Assembly: GCA_027492035.1 (NCBI GenBank)
Contig: JAOZFT010000035.1
Span: 85,923 to 149,922 of the forward strand
DNA from: Thermoproteota archaeon
Lineage (GTDB): Archaea > Korarchaeota > JAOZGF01 > JAOZFZ01
DNA: 64,000 nt
Reading direction: 5' to 3'
Shown here: positions 9,995 through 20,385 of the stretch, one piece after another
Layout of the letters: every line of letters begins with the position of its first letter
Position numbering within the stretch: position 1 is the first letter of the stretch
Made by a program: the position numbers and the translations under genes
Notes under the pieces: generated by a model
What the model saw: the letters and a program-made list of their open reading frames with translations, nothing else
Databases searched by the model: none
Told to the model about the DNA's origin: nothing

Positions 9995-12610
9995 ATGACA
10001 GAAAATCGTAAGAAAAATTTTGAACTCAAAATATCTGACATGTTTTCTGAAGCTCATGCTTTAGAAATTAAGAATACCTTACTCAGCCTAAATGGGGTTA
10101 TCGACGCAAAAGTTAGTTTCAAAAATGGGACTGTTAAGGTGAAATATGACCCTACAAAATTAAAAATTGCTGACATAGAAAAAGCAGTAAAAAATGCTGG
10201 TTATAAAGTAATCAAAGAAGTTACTTTGAAAATTGGAGGAATGACTTGTGCCAGTTGTGTGAGGACAATTGAGAACTCCCTTAAAAAATTAGATGGCACC
10301 TTAAGTGTTAATGTTAACCTTAACGCTGAAGAAGCACATGTTGTTTATAACCCGGAAAAAACCACAGTAAAAAATATGAAGAAAGCTGTTGAGGAGACAG
10401 GTTACCACTACCTAGGGGTTAAGGGAGAAATAGAAAATTTAGAGGGAAAAGTAAAGAAAAGAAACTTAAGAGATAAACGCAGCAAATTTCTTGTAGGTTT
10501 TGTTGTAGGCATTCCCTTAATGCTTCTCAAATATGTTCCAATTAACACTTCCTCTCTACTATCCTACTCAACATTAGCTGTTTCATTTCCAGCCTTTATT
10601 TATATAAGTTACCCCATTTTCGCTGCTGCATATCGTTCCATTAAGAATATGAACCTTAACATGGATGTTATGTACTCCATGGGGATAGGCGTAGCCTTTA
10701 CCTCCAGTATCTTAAGCACCTTTAACATACTTTCTAAAGAATTTTCATTTTACGATACAGCAATTCTTCTCGCTGCATTCCTTACAGTTGGGCGATATTT
10801 GGAAGAAAAGGCAAAGGGGAAAACTTCAGATGCAATAAAGAAACTAATTAATTTGCAGCCACAGAAAGCCATTGTACTACGTAACAGTAACGAAATCGAA
10901 ATACCTGTAAAAAATGTTCAAATAAACGACATAATTCTAGTGAAACCGGGAGGAAAAATACCTGTAGACGGTGAAGTTATTGAAGGCGAAAGCTATGTAG
11001 ATGAATCAATGATTACAGGGGAACCTGTCCCTGTTTTGAAAAGGGAAGGGGACGAAGTTATTGGTGGAACCATCAACAAGAACAGCACAATTAAATTTAA
11101 AGCGACAAAAGTAGGGAGGGAGACTTTACTCTCACAAATCATAAAACTAGTTGAAGAAGCCCAAAGTTCGAAACCACCTATTCAAAGGATTGCGGATAAA
11201 GCAGTAAGGTATTTTATCCCTGTAGTGTTAACAGTTGCAATTTCTTCCTTCATTGGCTGGTACTTAATTTTACATAGCACCTTGCTTTTTGCTTTGACCT
11301 GTATGATTTCAATACTTGTAGTGGCATGTCCTTGCGCTCTTGGACTTGCTACACCTACAGCTGTCACTGTAGGTATTGGACGTGGAGCAGAGCTGGGTGT
11401 CCTTATTAAACAGGGTGAAGCTCTTGAAAGATGCGAGAAACTGACAACTGTGGTATTTGACAAAACCGGAACCCTCACAAAAGGTAAACCTGAAGTTACA
11501 GATTTAGTGAGTGTAGGAATTAATGAAAAGAAACTATTGAAGTTAGTGGCTAGTGTTGAAAAAAGTTCTCAGCACCCGTTAGCTGAAGCTATTGTGAAAA
11601 AAGCTCAGGAAGAAGGTTTAAAGCTTGAAGAAAGTGAAAACTTTGACACATTTGAAGGAAAAGGGGTAACAGCAAAAATAAATGGGAAAGAAGTCCTTGT
11701 GGGAAGTAAAAAGTTCTTAAAGGAAAGGAATATCCCCTGCCCTGAAGAAATTGAAGAAAAATTGTTTCAACTTGAAAATGAAGGAAAAACAGTGATTTTA
11801 GTTTCGTTAAGTGGCAAAATCTGCGGTGCAATAGCTGTTACTGACAGATTAAGAGAAAAAGCCAAGGAGGCAATAAAAGAACTTAAGAAAATGAAACTTG
11901 ATGTTGTTATGATTACGGGTGACAACGCCAGAACTGCCTACACCATTGCTAAACAAATAGGGATCAAAAAGGTATTAGCAGAGGTCCTGCCGCAAGATAA
12001 AGTCAAGGAAATAAAGAAACTTCAAGAAAAAGGGGAAGTAGTGGCTTTTGTAGGTGACGGAATAAATGATGCCCCTGCACTTGCAAGTGCAGATGTAGGT
12101 ATTGCAATAGGTAGTGGTACAGACGTAGCAATTGAAACAGGTGAAATAATACTTGTAAAGGATAACCTTTTAGATGTTGTTGCAGCGCTGCAGCTAAGTA
12201 AGAAAGTAATGTCAAGGATAAAACAAAACCTGTTCTGGGCTTTCGCGTACAACGCTGCCTTGATTCCTATGGCAGCCGGGATACTACATCCCCTCTTAAA
12301 AGTTGATTTTAGGCCTGAATTCGCAGGACTTGCAATGGCAATGAGCTCTGTAACAGTTGTAACACTTTCTCTTCTGCTACGGAAATATGTACCACCTATA
12401 AAGAAAAATTTTGGAACCGTGAAAAAACATGTGAAGGAGGCGAGAAAAATGGTTGTGGACCCTGTTTGTAAAATGGTTGTAGATGAAGAAACAGCAAGAT
12501 TTAGAAGTGAATATAGAGGTAAGACGTACTACTTCTGCAGCTTAAGTTGTAAGGAAGCATTTGATGAAAACCCTGAAAAATATGTTGGCAAGGTTCTTTC
12601 GCACAAGTGA
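9995..12610 (+). CDS. copA: Cu(I)-translocating P1B-type ATPase with C-terminal YHS/TRASH domain
   Basis: [35 protein letters not shown]; C-terminal DPVCKM...YYFCSLSC. Confidence 0.93.
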   Translation: MTENRKKNFELKISDMFSEAHALEIKNTLLSLNGVIDAKVSFKNGTVKVKYDPTKLKIADIEKAVKNAGYKVIKEVTLKIGGMTCASCVRTIENSLKKLDGTLSVNVNLNAEEAHVVYNPEKTTVKNMKKAVEETGYHYLGVKGEIENLEGKVKKRNLRDKRSKFLVGFVVGIPLMLLKYVPINTSSLLSYSTLAVSFPAFIYISYPIFAAAYRSIKNMNLNMDVMYSMGIGVAFTSSILSTFNILSKEFSFYDTAILLAAFLTVGRYLEEKAKGKTSDAIKKLINLQPQKAIVLRNSNEIEIPVKNVQINDIILVKPGGKIPVDGEVIEGESYVDESMITGEPVPVLKREGDEVIGGTINKNSTIKFKATKVGRETLLSQIIKLVEEAQSSKPPIQRIADKAVRYFIPVVLTVAISSFIGWYLILHSTLLFALTCMISILVVACPCALGLATPTAVTVGIGRGAELGVLIKQGEALERCEKLTTVVFDKTGTLTKGKPEVTDLVSVGINEKKLLKLVASVEKSSQHPLAEAIVKKAQEEGLKLEESENFDTFEGKGVTAKINGKEVLVGSKKFLKERNIPCPEEIEEKLFQLENEGKTVILVSLSGKICGAIAVTDRLREKAKEAIKELKKMKLDVVMITGDNARTAYTIAKQIGIKKVLAEVLPQDKVKEIKKLQEKGEVVAFVGDGINDAPALASADVGIAIGSGTDVAIETGEIILVKDNLLDVVAALQLSKKVMSRIKQNLFWAFAYNAALIPMAAGILHPLLKVDFRPEFAGLAMAMSSVTVVTLSLLLRKYVPPIKKNFGTVKKHVKEARKMVVDPVCKMVVDEETARFRSEYRGKTYYFCSLSCKEAFDENPEKYVGKVLSHK

Positions 12611-12906
12611 TGTAGAAAAGGAAATTAACAGCAGTAAATAACCTTTAACTCTTAAATTTTTTAGAATCGTTAAAATATTAACCCAGCGACTGGTATCTCT
12701 AGCTCCCAGCTTTATACACATTAAATACTTTTTATCTCCTCCTTAAGCATCATCCGTTTCATGTCCACTGAATTAACAAAATGGATGGTTGAAGGTTTAG
12801 GGAAAGAATAGATGATTCATTCATAACCTTTTTAGATAATGCAGTAAAGAAACTTAAGTTGTTAAAGACCAGTTAAAACTTGTTAAGGGAAGGAGGTGGA
12901 AATTAA

Positions 12907-13056
12907 ATGATGGCTATTCGTGCAGGCTTGGTTATACTGAATTTAATTGTTAAAGGTGTACTTGGAGCAATAATGGTTGTAGCTGCTGTGTTTTTCCTTT
13001 GGAAATTGAGTAAACTTGTTGATGCATACACAGCAAAACTTAAAGAGAAACCTTAA
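12907..13056 (+). CDS. Small single-pass membrane protein (49 aa; absent from the ORF track)
   Basis: MMAIRAGLVILNLIVKGVLGAIMVVAAVFFLWKLSKLVDAYTAKLKEKP; strong SD GGAGGTGG just upstream. Confidence 0.65.
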   Translation: MMAIRAGLVILNLIVKGVLGAIMVVAAVFFLWKLSKLVDAYTAKLKEKP

Positions 13057-13164
13057 CAGAATTATTTAACAATCTCAGGGAAAAATTCCTCTAAACTCAG
13101 AGAAAAAAGGACCTTTACCACACCTTTTTTCGGAGACTTAAAAAGTCCTTGTTAAAGCAAAGGG

Positions 13165-14895
13165 TTAACCCCCATGTTTATTTTTCATTTCAGGTTCGAC
13201 TTTAAAATTCACTTTAAATTCTTTTATGCCATGTTTCTCTAGAAGCCCTCTAAACTCCTCTAAACTTTTGAAAGGTCTCATTTTCATTATTTCAAGTACT
13301 ATGGTCTTGTTAAAACCTGGTATAAGTTTTAAAACAGACTTATCAGCACTATTTACTTCTATTTCATAAGGTACAGCTTTCACTGACCTATGCCTATGTT
13401 TTGAAACAACTACATCCAGAAAAATCCTAAGTTTTAAAGGGATTGGGACCTTAACCAAGAGAGGATACGTTCCAAACTGTCTCGCCCATGTATAATGATC
13501 AACAATTTTTTCAGTAAAAACATTTCTAAGCCGAGTTCCCTCCGGTACAACTTTTTTAAGCATAGGAATATCTATTTCAGTCCTGATTCTGCCTCTCCAA
13601 TACCGAAAAAGTCTCTTATGTCTGTATACATTTTTTAAACCGAATTTCTCCATTCTAGTACCTTTAAAAACCATAACCTGCCTAATATTTATCCTCCTTA
13701 AAAGAAGCCCTTCATCAAGTATTCTTTTCAGGTAGGTGTAATTCTCCCTGAAAGTTTTCTTTGTTTCCCCCATAAGGCCATGTAAAATATTTACTCCAGG
13801 AAGAAGGGAAGGGAGGCCATTCCACCCCCTCCTTTTCCCAATATTGTTCACCACTTTAATAGCTTCCAAAGCTTCATCAGGAAAAACTTTGAGGTTATTC
13901 CTTTTAACCACGTCCTCGTCAAAACTTTCAACACCAAATGCAGCTACATCTCCAGATGTTCCGTACTCCACGATTATTTTCAAAATTTCAATGCTTTCCT
14001 TTCTCCAATGCACTATTGTTCCTGGGTTTACGTTATCCATGTGAAGCACTTCAAGTGTAGGTGCTACTTTCTTCACCCCACTATAAAGTTTTTTTATGGC
14101 TTCAACGTTGGGTTTGGGAAACTCTTCATCTCCAACTTTGTCAGCTTTATAAGTTAACAAGTCAGCCTGGCATCCTATCCTGAAAAATTTCACTCCACAA
14201 TTATGCAGTGTCTCAATTTCCTTGATTATACTGTCCAAGCTTCTAAACTGCGGTTTGCCATATAAAGGCGTTGTACAGAAAGAGCATCCTCCAACAACAT
14301 ATCTTGGACATCCTCTATAGGTTTCTATCTCAACCATTATGAAAGGGTAAAGTGGATGTTGCTTGACTATCTGGGCTCCTGCTGCAGGAATTCCCCCAAG
14401 ATTTTCCCTGTTTATCTTTGCGTTAGAATCTGCGTTTTCTAAGCCTTCCTTCAAAAGTTGAGGAATATATGCTTCAAGATCCCCCTCAACCACTGCATCA
14501 AAACTTCCAGCATAATCCTCCACTCTTACCCCAACCTTTCCTCCTTCACTTGCTGTACCGAACTTCACTGCAGGTCCACCTATGACTTTCAAAGGTTTAT
14601 CTAACAAATTTGCGATGGAAACAAGTTCCTCCAGTGTCGCAGGTGACCCTGCTAAATATTTCCCGGGTACAACAGTCCCCCCAATGAACACAACAAGGTC
14701 TGCTTTGGAAGCTAGTTTCAGAAACTTATCCCTCTTTTTCCTAATTTCGTCAATAGTGAAATAAGAAACTTCTCTCTCCCCACAGCTATAAAGAGCTCCT
14801 GCAACATATCTGGGATAGGGTGAAATATAAGGCGGAACCCCTAAACATGAGGGTTCATCCACGTATCCATCCAGTATTATGGTTTTCAACTCCAA
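13165..14895 (-). CDS. Radical SAM protein with C-terminal helix-hairpin-helix (COG1031-like)
   Basis: DGYVDEPSCLGVPPYISPYPRY N-terminus, ETYRGC-x7-CSFC, RRINIRQV, TRAM-like RQFGTYPLLV, HhH-like LKLIPGF. Confidence 0.85.
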   Translation of the reverse strand: MELKTIILDGYVDEPSCLGVPPYISPYPRYVAGALYSCGEREVSYFTIDEIRKKRDKFLKLASKADLVVFIGGTVVPGKYLAGSPATLEELVSIANLLDKPLKVIGGPAVKFGTASEGGKVGVRVEDYAGSFDAVVEGDLEAYIPQLLKEGLENADSNAKINRENLGGIPAAGAQIVKQHPLYPFIMVEIETYRGCPRYVVGGCSFCTTPLYGKPQFRSLDSIIKEIETLHNCGVKFFRIGCQADLLTYKADKVGDEEFPKPNVEAIKKLYSGVKKVAPTLEVLHMDNVNPGTIVHWRKESIEILKIIVEYGTSGDVAAFGVESFDEDVVKRNNLKVFPDEALEAIKVVNNIGKRRGWNGLPSLLPGVNILHGLMGETKKTFRENYTYLKRILDEGLLLRRINIRQVMVFKGTRMEKFGLKNVYRHKRLFRYWRGRIRTEIDIPMLKKVVPEGTRLRNVFTEKIVDHYTWARQFGTYPLLVKVPIPLKLRIFLDVVVSKHRHRSVKAVPYEIEVNSADKSVLKLIPGFNKTIVLEIMKMRPFKSLEEFRGLLEKHGIKEFKVNFKVEPEMKNKHGG

Positions 14896-15155
14896 GTCCT
14901 TACTCCAAAGATTTCAGAGAAGCAACTTACTTTTACTCCTAAAGAACTAGACTTTGTTAAAAAATATAATACTTCTACTGTGTAATCAAGGAAAGGAGTG
15001 CGCTATCCTCAATCTGTCATGTATTTCTCCATTTCTTTTCCAGGTTTTCAGAAATAAAAAGTTTCACCTTCAATTTTTTGAGGTAAGTAAAAAGGAGTTA
15101 ACCAGTGACGTCCCTAACTCTTCTCCCTCTTCTTTCGCTAACGCAACGATTTTCA

Positions 15156-16019
15156 TTACAAAGTTTTCTCTTTAATTACCCTAATCTGTTTCACTATACA
15201 TTTGCATTTTCTTCTTTTTGTTGAGAAAATGTAAGAAAGAAAGTATGTAAATACTGCTATTATTCCTGTTATGGCGCTTGCTGAAACATTTAAATAAATA
15301 GAGGCAATTAAACCTGTTAATCCAGAAGTTAAGGCGAAAAGCTCAGCTAAAATTACAGCTTTTTCGAAACTGTGGGAGAACTCATAAGCTGAAGCTGCAG
15401 GTGCTACAAGTAAAATAATTGTCAATATTGACCCTACAACTTTCAAAGAAATAACTGTTACAATAGCTACAATCATAGTTAACGTGTAACGTAACAGGTC
15501 TGTTCTTAAACCCATAGCTTCGGCTGTTTCTTCATCGAAAACTATGAATTTAAACCCTTTAAAGAGAAGAGTTATTAAGAGAAGCGTAGTAAAGGTTAAA
15601 GTCAACAAAATATTTATTTCATCAATTGTTACACTTAAAACATCCCCTATAATGTACTGCCAAGCTGAAACTGAGTAAGTTGAGGTTAAGGAAAGAAATA
15701 AAACAGCTAATGCAGTAGATAAACCAAAAACTAAACCAAGCATAACATCCATTCTTCCCTCCTCCTTCTTCCCAATATATGATATCAGGAAAGAGAAAAG
15801 TATACTCAAAATAAAAGCTCCTAACAATGGGTTTATCTTTAAAAGTAAAGCTAAAATGGCTCCTGCTAAAGATGAGTGGGCGACAGCTGCTCCCATTGTT
15901 GACATTTTCTTCTGAACCACAAAAACCCCAACTGCTGAAGTTGTTAAGCTTGTAAGTAAAGTAGCAATCAAGGCATTAATTAAAAAAGAATAAAGGAAAA
16001 AATTAAACGTGCCCATCAC
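15156..16019 (-). CDS. Zn/Mn ABC transporter permease (ZnuB/MntB-like)
   Basis: Highly hydrophobic; AHSSLAG, FDEETAEAMGL, VVG...LLVAPAA. Confidence 0.9.
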   Translation of the reverse strand: MMGTFNFFLYSFLINALIATLLTSLTTSAVGVFVVQKKMSTMGAAVAHSSLAGAILALLLKINPLLGAFILSILFSFLISYIGKKEEGRMDVMLGLVFGLSTALAVLFLSLTSTYSVSAWQYIIGDVLSVTIDEINILLTLTFTTLLLITLLFKGFKFIVFDEETAEAMGLRTDLLRYTLTMIVAIVTVISLKVVGSILTIILLVAPAASAYEFSHSFEKAVILAELFALTSGLTGLIASIYLNVSASAITGIIAVFTYFLSYIFSTKRRKCKCIVKQIRVIKEKTL

Positions 16020-16780
16020 CCTTCAACAATTACTTTCTCCTTTTCCAAACGTAAAATTTTCATTTCCCTCATAAATGTTTTAGTTAATGTTTCTTCATTC
16101 AGTACCTTCTGAGGAGGACCAGCTGCAACCACTTTCCTGTTTAATAAAATAACTTCGTCTGAAAGTTTAAGAGATGGGTTTAAATTATGAGTCACTATAA
16201 CTACAGTTACTCCTTCACTAACTAAATTTTTTAGAGCCTGCAGTATTCTTCCCTCAGATGCTATATCCACTCCCGCTAAGGGTTCATCCAGCAAAAGAAT
16301 TTCAGGTTGAGAAGCTATCGCTCTAGCTATTAAAACTCTTTGCTGCTGCCCACCTGACAAGTGAGAAAATGGTTTATCCCAGAAATTATCCATATCAACA
16401 AGTTTTAAAGCCTCCCTTGCTTTCTCAACATCCTCCTTAGTAAAGAAGGCTATCGGTTTCTTTTTCGGAAGCCTACCCATTAACACTACATCTTTAACCA
16501 GCACCAGCGCTGCAGGATCTATTCTTTCCCTTTGAGGGACGTAACCTATTCTTCTGCGAAGTTTTAAAGCCTTCTTGGAAGGATCCAAACCTAAAACCTC
16601 CACTTTGCCAACAAAAGGCTTAATTAAACCCAATAAAACCCTGAGAAGTGTTGTTTTTCCTGCTCCATTAGGGCCTATCACGGAAAGGAACAAAGGCTTC
16701 TTAATACTCCATGTAACATCTTCTAACGCTATAAAAGGCCCATATGCCACATAAACGTTTTCAACTTTAACTATGTTCAT
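16016..16780 (-). CDS. Zn/Mn ABC transporter ATP-binding protein (ZnuC-like)
   Basis: GPNGAGKT, GYVPQ, LSGGQQQR, LLLDEP and H-loop. Confidence 0.92.
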   Translation of the reverse strand: MNIVKVENVYVAYGPFIALEDVTWSIKKPLFLSVIGPNGAGKTTLLRVLLGLIKPFVGKVEVLGLDPSKKALKLRRRIGYVPQRERIDPAALVLVKDVVLMGRLPKKKPIAFFTKEDVEKAREALKLVDMDNFWDKPFSHLSGGQQQRVLIARAIASQPEILLLDEPLAGVDIASEGRILQALKNLVSEGVTVVIVTHNLNPSLKLSDEVILLNRKVVAAGPPQKVLNEETLTKTFMREMKILRLEKEKVIVEG

Positions 16781-17223
16781 TTATTCCCTCTCCTTAAAGG
16801 AGGAATAGGTTTCCCATGGGGGCAACAAACCGGGTTGCCTAATACGTAATTAATTAACTCCACCACCCTAAAAGAAACATATGAATCAAATTTTTTTGTT
16901 TCGCAACACGCTGTGTCAACATCTAACCCCAGTTTTTCCACAAGTAAAGTTTCAATTAATCTATGCCTTCTAATAATCTTTTCTGCTGAAACAACTCCTT
17001 TTTTAGTCAATTTAACCCCCTTTCTGCCTAAATACTTAACTAAACCCTTACTTTCAAGTTTTTTCAACATTTCAATTGCTGTGGGAGACTTCACATTAAG
17101 CTGTTTAGCTAGTGACGAAAGCGAAACACTACATCTGTTAATTGACGTTTCATATAGTGCCACTAAATAGTCTGCTTCTCTTTCAGTTATTTTTTCAAGT
17201 TGAGCAGTATCTACCTCCATCAT
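16777..17223 (-). CDS. DtxR/MntR family metal-dependent repressor
   Basis: DYLVALY, wHTH, RRHRLIE and CPHGKPIP motifs. Confidence 0.9.
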   Translation of the reverse strand: MMEVDTAQLEKITEREADYLVALYETSINRCSVSLSSLAKQLNVKSPTAIEMLKKLESKGLVKYLGRKGVKLTKKGVVSAEKIIRRHRLIETLLVEKLGLDVDTACCETKKFDSYVSFRVVELINYVLGNPVCCPHGKPIPPLRRGNK

Positions 17224-17312
17224 TTCTTTACTAACTCCTCAGTTTCCGTTTTTCAGTATATTCTCTCCCTCTAAAAGGTTTTAAAAGTGGAAGTAATTAT
17301 ATTAAATATAAA

Positions 17313-17327
17313 TTAGGTATAACCTAA
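17313..17327. promoter_or_regulatory. Putative DtxR/MntR-family operator
   Basis: Near-perfect palindrome TTAGGTATAACCTAA between the divergent regulator and the binding-protein gene; TTAGG...CCTAA arms match known DtxR/SirR boxes. Confidence 0.7.
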
Positions 17328-17340
17328 AAATAAAAATTTA

Positions 17341-18390
17341 ATGTTCCCAAAAACAAGAAGAGGTGTTTCCGGTTACATGAACAAGATTTTTCACTTGTTT
17401 CTCGCTTTAACTTTCTCTTTCCTTTTCTGCCTAAATTTACCCTTTTCACCAGTTCAGGGAATTAGTCAACATAAACCCTTAATTGTTACAACGATTCCTC
17501 CCCTTAAAGCAATAACAAAAGAAATTGTTGATGACCACTTCCAAGTTATAGCTCTTGTTTCCGCAGAAACAGATCCACACCAATACTCGCCAAAACCTTC
17601 AGATATTGAAATCGTTAGGAAAGCTGATGTTTTCATAAGTGTGGGTAAAGAGGAGTTTCTGGGTCAACTTCCCAAAGAAGGTAAACCTGGACAAGTTAGG
17701 CTTTCCTGGAAAGACTGGATAAAGTCAGGTGTTTACATTAAAAATGAAAACCCTCATTACATATGGCTCTACCCTAAAAACGCTGAAAAAATAGCTGAGA
17801 AAATAAAGGATACTTTATCTGAAAAATACCCAAACCTAACAAAAGAGATGGAGATAAATTTTGAGAAGTTTGTCTCTAAACTAAATCAATTAAAGATTCA
17901 AATCAAGGAACTGATTGAAAAAGCAAATGTTGGGAAAGAGCAAGTGGTTTTAGCAGCTCCTCATTTCGAGCCGTTAATGGAATTTATGGGAATTAAAGTT
18001 TTAGACATTGTTATGAAAGGGGAAGGAAAAACTCCAAGTGTGAATGACATCGCTTCAATAGAGAAGGAAATGCTGAAAAAAAACGTTAAATCAATAATTG
18101 CCCTGTACACAATGAAAGAGGGAATTGAAGGAAAAATAAGTCAAAAAATAGCTAAAGATGTAAACGCGACAGTTATTTACCTCTACGGTTTACCCATAAA
18201 CCAAAATGACAGCTACACAGATTTCATCCTCTATGATGCCTCAATCTTAATAGGGAATCTTCAACAAGGACACTGCGTAAAAACAAGTCAGGGACCACCG
18301 GAGTACACCACAACTCTTCTAATTACAATTGTTTTCTTGGTTGTTTCGCTTCTGATTGAAACTTTTGTTCTGTTGAAATTCAGAACCTAA
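17341..18390 (+). CDS. Metal ABC transporter substrate-binding protein (ZnuA/TroA family) with C-terminal membrane anchor
   Basis: Signal peptide, IVTTIPPL, DPHQY, NPHYIW, C-terminal TM helix. Confidence 0.88.
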   Translation: MFPKTRRGVSGYMNKIFHLFLALTFSFLFCLNLPFSPVQGISQHKPLIVTTIPPLKAITKEIVDDHFQVIALVSAETDPHQYSPKPSDIEIVRKADVFISVGKEEFLGQLPKEGKPGQVRLSWKDWIKSGVYIKNENPHYIWLYPKNAEKIAEKIKDTLSEKYPNLTKEMEINFEKFVSKLNQLKIQIKELIEKANVGKEQVVLAAPHFEPLMEFMGIKVLDIVMKGEGKTPSVNDIASIEKEMLKKNVKSIIALYTMKEGIEGKISQKIAKDVNATVIYLYGLPINQNDSYTDFILYDASILIGNLQQGHCVKTSQGPPEYTTTLLITIVFLVVSLLIETFVLLKFRT

Positions 18391-18549
18391 ATTACCTACT
18401 TCTCCTCATTAAATCTTTCTATACTCCCTTTTTTAGCTAAGTATAAACCATATCTTTAAGAGTATATTTTTTTAAATAAATTAAACGTATGTTTTGGGAA
18501 AATAAATCTATCCTAAATAGGTTTCTTCTATTCTTTTGGTGAATTTCCC

Positions 18550-19554
18550 TTGATAGGGATGATTCTTTGTGGAGGTTTCGGTAAAAGATTCGGTTCAGTC
18601 ACTAAAGAAACTCCAAAATCATTGTTGGAAATAAAAAAGGGTTACACCATTCTAGATAGGCAAATTTTCGATTTCTCCAGAGCAGATGTAAAAAAGGTTT
18701 ACCTTTTAACAGGTTATTTAAGCAAGAAAATAGAGAAAAGATATGGAGACGGGTTTTTAGATGTTGAAATAAAATACATAAAAGAGGATGAACCCCTAGG
18801 AACTCTTCATGCAATTAATTTAGGAATTAAAAATGTAAAAGAGGATGCAATAATAAGAAATGGAGATGTGATTGCTGATTTTAACCTTAAAAGAATGATT
18901 CAGCAGAGCAGAAAATCTAATTTTCCTTTAACAATGTACATAACTAAAATGCCAAGCCCCTACGGCGTAATTGAGCTAGAAGGGGATAGAATTAAGTCTT
19001 TCAGGGAAAAACCATTACTTAACTACTACATAAACGCTGGAGTTTACTATGTTAAAAAAGAAGTTTTTCCCTTTTTCAGTAAATATAAGGAAGGAGACGT
19101 GGAAAAAACAATTTTTCCTTTATTAGCTGAAGAAGGGAAAATTGGTTTCTATGTAGAAAACAGTGTTTTTTGGAGAAGTATTGACACGTTTAAGGATTTA
19201 AACTTTGTAAGGGAAGAGTACAGGAACAGAACAGATAAACCTTGGGGTTACGAGAAATTACTCATTAAAACAGAACATTACTTAATGAAGAAACTCTATA
19301 TTATGGAAAATTATCAAACTTCTTTCCATTACCACAGGGAAAAGGATGAAGCAATGTTTGTACAGTCAGGAAAAGGCACAGTAGTTTTTGAAAACAAAAA
19401 GAAAGAATTTAAAACAGGAGATGTAATAAGAATTAAACCCAACACTCCCCACTCAATCAACGCAAGTGAAAACACGATTATTTTTGAGGTTTCAACTCCA
19501 CATTTAGGGGACACAGTTAGAATAAAGGATTTTTACACTAGATTAAAACTTTAA
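18550..19554 (+). CDS. Sugar-phosphate nucleotidyltransferase with C-terminal cupin domain
   Basis: ILCGGFGKRF...PK, EPLGT, NGD, FREKP, INAGVY; KPWG and SFHYH..KDE cupin. Confidence 0.85.
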   Translation: MIGMILCGGFGKRFGSVTKETPKSLLEIKKGYTILDRQIFDFSRADVKKVYLLTGYLSKKIEKRYGDGFLDVEIKYIKEDEPLGTLHAINLGIKNVKEDAIIRNGDVIADFNLKRMIQQSRKSNFPLTMYITKMPSPYGVIELEGDRIKSFREKPLLNYYINAGVYYVKKEVFPFFSKYKEGDVEKTIFPLLAEEGKIGFYVENSVFWRSIDTFKDLNFVREEYRNRTDKPWGYEKLLIKTEHYLMKKLYIMENYQTSFHYHREKDEAMFVQSGKGTVVFENKKKEFKTGDVIRIKPNTPHSINASENTIIFEVSTPHLGDTVRIKDFYTRLKL

Positions 19555-19602
19555 AATTACTCAAAAACTCCATATACAATTAAAAAAACTTCCAGACATT
19601 TT

Positions 19603-20001
19603 ATGGTTTTAGGAGGGGGTAAACCATTGTGTGAAGACAAAGAACTTGAAATTTTAAAACAGAGAAAACTGCTTGAACTTAAAAGGAAACTAGCTGGAAA
19701 AAACAGAGAAACAGAAAAGGGCAAGGCTGACCCTAAAAAAATACTTTATCGTTTCTTAACTCCAAAAGCTGCTGAAGTGCTTGAAGCTGCTGAAAAACAG
19801 TACCCTCAAGTAACTCCTCAAATCATTAATGCGCTTGCTGAAGCAGTCCTCACCGGAAGAATCAGAAAAGAAATAACGGGAGGTGAACTCCTCTGGTTCC
19901 TCAGGTATATAGGGTTAAATGTCAAAATAGAAACCAAAATAGCTTTCTTAGAAAGGGGGAAATTAAAAACAATAGGTGATAAACTGAAGGAAAAAATGTG
20001 A
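19603..20001 (+). CDS. PDCD5-like double-stranded DNA-binding domain protein
   Basis: DKELEILKQRKLLEL, LTPKAAEVL..A..QYP, I....L.W.LR pattern. Confidence 0.65.
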   Translation: MVLGGGKPLCEDKELEILKQRKLLELKRKLAGKNRETEKGKADPKKILYRFLTPKAAEVLEAAEKQYPQVTPQIINALAEAVLTGRIRKEITGGELLWFLRYIGLNVKIETKIAFLERGKLKTIGDKLKEKM

Positions 20002-20385
20002 ATAAACTCCTTTTTAGAAAGTTTCATTTAATTTTTCTTAAAAAAGTTTCAGCAATAAACTTCGTTCATTTTCCTTTTTCGGTGAAAAACTCTTCACTCT
20101 TCTGTTCGAGAAACATTTTCTAAGTTAAGCATTAAAAATTCCAAGGTTTCATCATTTTTTACGTACAGCCTTTATAACTTTAAAAACACTAACTTCGCAG
20201 CTTCAATATTATACAAAGACATATTTAAAGAGGAAATAATAAACTAAAAAAAAGTAGTAGAGAATGGAAAAACAATCTTATGCGGGCCTATACAGGCTAA
20301 AACTTAACTTTTTGCATTTTAAAAAGCGGAAATATTTTTTAAAGATAATAAGAAGCACTTCGTTTTTAATAAATCAGGAAAGGAG

